In this document: piece by piece, positions 59,859-64,000 of the stretch | Numbering within the stretch: position 1 is the first letter of the stretch | Layout: the number at the start of each line of letters is the position of its first letter | Source: Zootoca vivipara | Lineage: Eukaryota | NCBI RefSeq assembly: GCF_963506605.1 | Contig: NC_083292.1 | Coordinates: forward strand, 15,004,001 to 15,068,000 | DNA: 64,000 nt | Direction: 5' to 3' | Made by a program: the position numbers and the translations under genes | Notes under the pieces: model-generated | What the model was told of the DNA's origin: nothing | The model's input: only the letters and a program-made list of their open reading frames with translations | Databases searched by the model: none

Positions 59859-62800
59859 ATGGTGCTAGAGCTCTACCTAGATATGCTCTCCCAGCCCTGC
59901 CGGGCGGTCTACATCTTCGCCAAGAAAAACAACATCGCTTTCATGATGAAGAACATCGAGATGCTTAAAGGTAACTGGGATTTTGGGGGAGGGGGATTCC
60001 TAGTGTCCCTCCCACTTTTTCCTCCCCCAACCGTGACCCAGTAACACCCTTCACCAATAGTTTTTCTGGAACTTCCTCTTTCCCCTGACCTTTCTAGACC
60101 CACCTTGGAAGCACAGTTTGCAGCTCCGGGGGACCAGAGGGCAGAAAGGATGCAGCAAGAGCGGTAGACTCGTAATCTGGTGAACCGGGTTCGAGTCTCC
60201 GCTCCTCCACATGCAGCTGCTGGGTGACCTTGGGCCAGTCACACTTCTTTGAAGTCTCTCAGCCTCACTCACCTCACAGAGTGTTTGTTGTGGGGGAGGA
60301 AGGCAAAGGAGAATGTTAGCCACTTTGAGACTCCTTCGGGTAGTGATAAAGCGGGATATCAAATCCAAACTCAAAATCACAAGGGACACAATTGGTCTCT
60401 TCTATAGGCTGCCCCTATGGAGGAGGCAAACGCTCATGCTCTGCCAGGAGCCTCCCTGTGCAGAAGAAGTCTACCTTTGAGCCACTGGTTGCTAGGAGAA
60501 AACAGCAGTCGGGGTAGGTGGGCTGTCTTCAAGACCTGCTTATGAGCTTCCCAAAGGGATGGAAAGGGGTGGGGTGGGGTGGGGGTCCCATCCAGCAGGA
60601 CTCCTTTTTTGTTATTTCTTAGATTTCCCCACTTAAGCCTCTTGAGTGCAAAGCCTTGTCAAATTTTGTAAGGGGTTGTGATGGTCTCCGGTTGAGCCCT
60701 CAGCCACGGTGGGTGTCCCCTGGCTTCAGGCACCAAAGTGCTCCTTTTGAACATAACCCATCAGACCAGGCAACAGAGTTAATCTGCCAAAAGATGTAAG
60801 GCTGGAGAGGAGGTGGAGGAGGAAGCAAAATGCAAAATCCTTGGCAAATTGACAGAAGCACTGCTCTTGTAAAGTAGGGGCATCTTTTTTCCAGCAGCTG
60901 CCCGCAAGTCTCCCCCTCTTCCAGGGAAGAACTTGGAACCTGAACTGTGTCACCAACTGCCAGAGGATGTAAGCAAATCCATTCCCCGAGGGAGCTAGCT
61001 GCTCTGTAGCTTAAACACCTCCACGGATCTCTCACTAGATGGTGTATCTGCATGGATTTTAATTGCACACAGCTTTGGAAGCCAACATGCATGGGGGGGG
61101 GGGAGAGGGTGCAGATTTCTGCAGGGCCTCATTCAGTAATGTTTGTGCTTCCGTTTCATCCCTTTCAGGACAACAGTTTAATGAAGATTTTAACAAGGTC
61201 AACATCTTAAGGAAAGTACCAGTTCTGAAAGATGGAGACTTTACTTTAGAAGAGAGGTGAGAGGCGTGTTTGTGTGTGTGTTTCCCCAGACACTCTGGGC
61301 GGCTTACAGCATATATAAAAACACCAAAGCTTTAATCAGATATGTACCCAGGCAGATAATCATGGAAGAATGGAGATATGTACAGGATTATTTGGAGAAA
61401 GAGAACTTAGAATGTAATTTAGTGATGTGCTTAGAATAAATGAACCACAAGAGGAGAATTCAACATAACGCATTTATTAATGTTAAAATCTTTATATAGA
61501 TACAGTAGGAGATACAGCAATGGAAAAATAACATATCTAGGGACGCGTGTTGCAAATAATAGGAAGTAAACTTTATTTTTAGCTGTGCCCTTTTTTGTTT
61601 TATTTGGTTTTTCCCCTCCCCCCCTCTTTTCTTCTTTCTTTTCTCTTTTACCCCCTTTTTGGGGTTTCTAGGTATTTATGCCCCTTTTTTGAGCTTATGT
61701 ATTGAGTTGATATATGATTGAATATGTATTTTTTTGTCTTTTTATGCTTTTTTTCTTTTTGAATTTTTAATGTATTCTTTGTTTTTGTATGCTTGATTTT
61801 GTATTTCTCGAAATTATCTGAATAAAGTTCTATTTTAAAATTTAAAAAACATCAACAACAAAGCATCAAATGTTAAAAAACCCCACAAAATATCCTATAC
61901 AAGCAACAAACCAACCAATAAATCAATAGAAACCAATAATAATAATAACAATAATAATAAACAGTTTAGAGTTATGCCCAAATTAAAATAACCACCAACC
62001 CCAACTAAACATTTAACCAACCTGACAAAAACAAAACAGATACAGTGGTACCTTTGGTAACAAATGGAATCTGTTCCGGAGGTCCGTTCGCAACCAGAAA
62101 CTGCTCGTAATACGAGGCACGCTTTCGCTAATGGTGCCTCCCGCTGTGCGCGCACCTCTGGCGCGCAATTTCCACTTGCATCCTGGGGTAAAGTTCGCAA
62201 CCAGGAGAGGCAATTTCCGGGTTAGCGGAGCTCGTAACCCGGAGCGTGCACAACAAGAGGTACCACTGTATATATTATATATAGAGATAGGAAAATGAAT
62301 AAATAATCTGGACCACCTGCTGCTTCCTCCTCCTCTCTCCCCCCCCCAATCTCTGTGGGGCAATTTACACCTACCTGGCTCAGGTATAATAAGGAAAGGT
62401 GCCCCTGGCAAGGATGCTCCTTCTCCAACTCTTGCCTTATGGCCCCACAGCACCGCAATCCTCCTCTACCTGACCCGGAAGTACAACACACCCAGCCACT
62501 GGTACCCACCAGACATGAAGAAGCGGGGTCGTGTCGATGAGTTCCTGGCCTGGCAGCAAACCACCATCCATGTCAGTTGCTCCAAGATCTTCTGGCTCAA
62601 GGTGAGGTTGTGGCTCGGTCCCTCTGCAGGACTTGGCTGGTCCCATACTCCATGGAGTTTGGCACCCAGTGATTGATTGAATTTATATACTGCCCTATAC
62701 CAGCAGAAATAAAATTCCTTCAGTAGCACCTTAAAGACCAACTAAGTTTTTATTTTGGTATGAGCTTTCGTGTGAATGCACACTTCTTCAGATACACACT

Positions 62801-64000
62801 TTTCTTTTGTCAATGCTTTTTCAAACAGAAAATCAAGAAGGGCAGGTGGGGGACGGGACTGTTTTTTGGTTCCTGGTGCTTGGCTGATACCTGGAAATTT
62901 GCTCAACGGCAGCTAATGTTTCTAGATGACCCCTTTGGGGAAGGAACGGGGATTGGCAGGCCAAGTCCCTGCCCCTCTCAGATTGGCTGGTTGTCCCCAG
63001 AGCCATTTCCCACCCATCTATCTCTGCCTGTGTGAAGCAGCACAAAGAACGAGTGTATCTGAAGAAGTGTGCATGCACACGAAAGCTCATACCAAAATAA
63101 AAACTTAGTTGGTCTTTAAGGTGCTACTGAAGGAATTTTTTTATTTCTGCTTCGACTCAGACCAACACGGCTACCTACCTGTAACGATACCAGCAGCATA
63201 TACTGCCCTATACCAGCAGAATTTATATACTGCCCTATACCAGCAGCTCTCACCAACAAACATCTAAGGGGCAAGACCCAACTGCTCAAACTGTAGGAGA
63301 GCACCTGGTTGGGCTGTGAACGAGTCTCTGACATTTGCCTGACCAAATGAACCCATTTTGGAGAGCAGATATGCCCCCGTGACAATATGCTGTTGGGGCC
63401 TCGTCATGTTATTCTCTTGTGGTTTGTCCCCCGCCTGCACCATGGCTCCATTTCTGGATTTTGACCTTTGGTGCCTTTTCCCTGTGGGGCAGGTAGTGAT
63501 CCCCATGTTCATAAATCAGCAACTGCCTCCCGAGAGGCTCCACGATGTCACAGAGGACATGAACACCAACCTGCAGAAGCTGGAGGAGAAGTTCCTGAGA
63601 GACCAACCCTTCCTCATTGGTGCCGAGATCTCCCTGGCGGACCTGGTGGCCATCGTGGAGCTTATGCAGGTCAGCCCTGGGGAAGTCAATGGAAAAGGAG
63701 TCTTCTCCCTCCTGCTTGAGGGTATCCTTGAAAGGGGACCTGCCTGGAGGTCTTTGGGGTGGAGATCAGGAGGAACAGTGGAGGCCTGGTGACTGCATGT
63801 GCCCCCCCCCTCTCACTCTCCAGTCCGTGGGAGCCGGCTGGGAAACCTTTGAGGGCCGACCCAAGCTTCAGGAGTGGCGCAAAAGGGTTGAGGTGACCCT
63901 GGGCAAGGAGCTCTTTGCAGAAGCGCACGCACGGATCCTGAACAATCAAGAGTTAAGGAACATGACCATTGACCCATCACTGAAAGTCCAACTGAAGCCC
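59859..64000 (+). CDS. Glutathione S-transferase theta paralogue C (3'-truncated by the window); exons 59859-59970, 61169-61256, 62451-62601, 63493-63669, 63824->64000
   Basis: [25 protein letters not shown]...[23 protein letters not shown]...[29 protein letters not shown]; 112/88/151/177 exons with GT-AG. Confidence 0.93.
60150..60372 (+). mobile_element. tRNA-derived CORE-type SINE with L2-like tail (Squam3-like)
   Basis: GGTTCGAGTCTCC B-box; ctgggtgaccttgggccagtcac CORE; gccactttgagactcc...aaagcgggatat tail. Confidence 0.7.
62707..63186 (+). mobile_element. Penelope-derived insertion: inverted pLTRs flanking ~255 bp of other sequence
   Basis: Inverted pLTR 62707-62797, forward pLTR 63053-63186, 28-bp target duplication. 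Confidence 0.8.
63055..63092 (+). ncRNA. Minimal type I hammerhead ribozyme motif (Penelope-type); copies also at 54737-54774 (+), 54695-54732 (-), 62758-62795 (-), 7888-7925 (-)
   Basis: GUAU-CUGAAGA-A-GUGUGCAUGCACAC-GAAA-GCUC/AUAC: core boxes, palindromic stem II, palindromic AGCU in place of stem III, 4-bp stem I. Confidence 0.72.

Overview
Vertebrate (squamate, probably lacertid lizard, judged from Sauria SINE, Bov-B and Penelope repeats) euchromatic locus. All host genes are on the + strand: last two exons of an SLC2A11-like sugar transporter, complete MIF (3 exons), complete DDX51 (16 exons, 686 aa) and three tandem theta-class GST paralogues (A complete; B with an extra 60-nt exon; C truncated by the window end). 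DDX51 intron 4 holds an apparently intact 5813-bp Ty3/gypsy Tf1/sushi-type chromovirus on the - strand (16220-22032). It has 428-bp LTRs identical by eye, a PEG10-like G_GGA_AAC -1 frameshift, a self-priming (non-tRNA) PBS, and a pol ORF that runs ~216 aa past a degenerate chromodomain and through the whole U3 of the 3' LTR. The most striking feature is in that tail: two tandem motifs W-x-x-V-F-(S/T/acidic linker)-[DE]-F-L-G-F. They resemble the LEDGF/TFIIS-N-terminal-domain-interacting motifs of MLL1 and JPO2, suggesting host-mimic integration tethering (inference, untested). Introns also carry L2, CR1, RTE/Bov-B, L1-like fragments, many hAT and Tc1/mariner MITEs, and Penelope pLTR fragments with minimal hammerhead ribozymes. 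One assembly gap (39620-39757). Everything was read by eye; comparisons to known proteins are from memory and need database confirmation.
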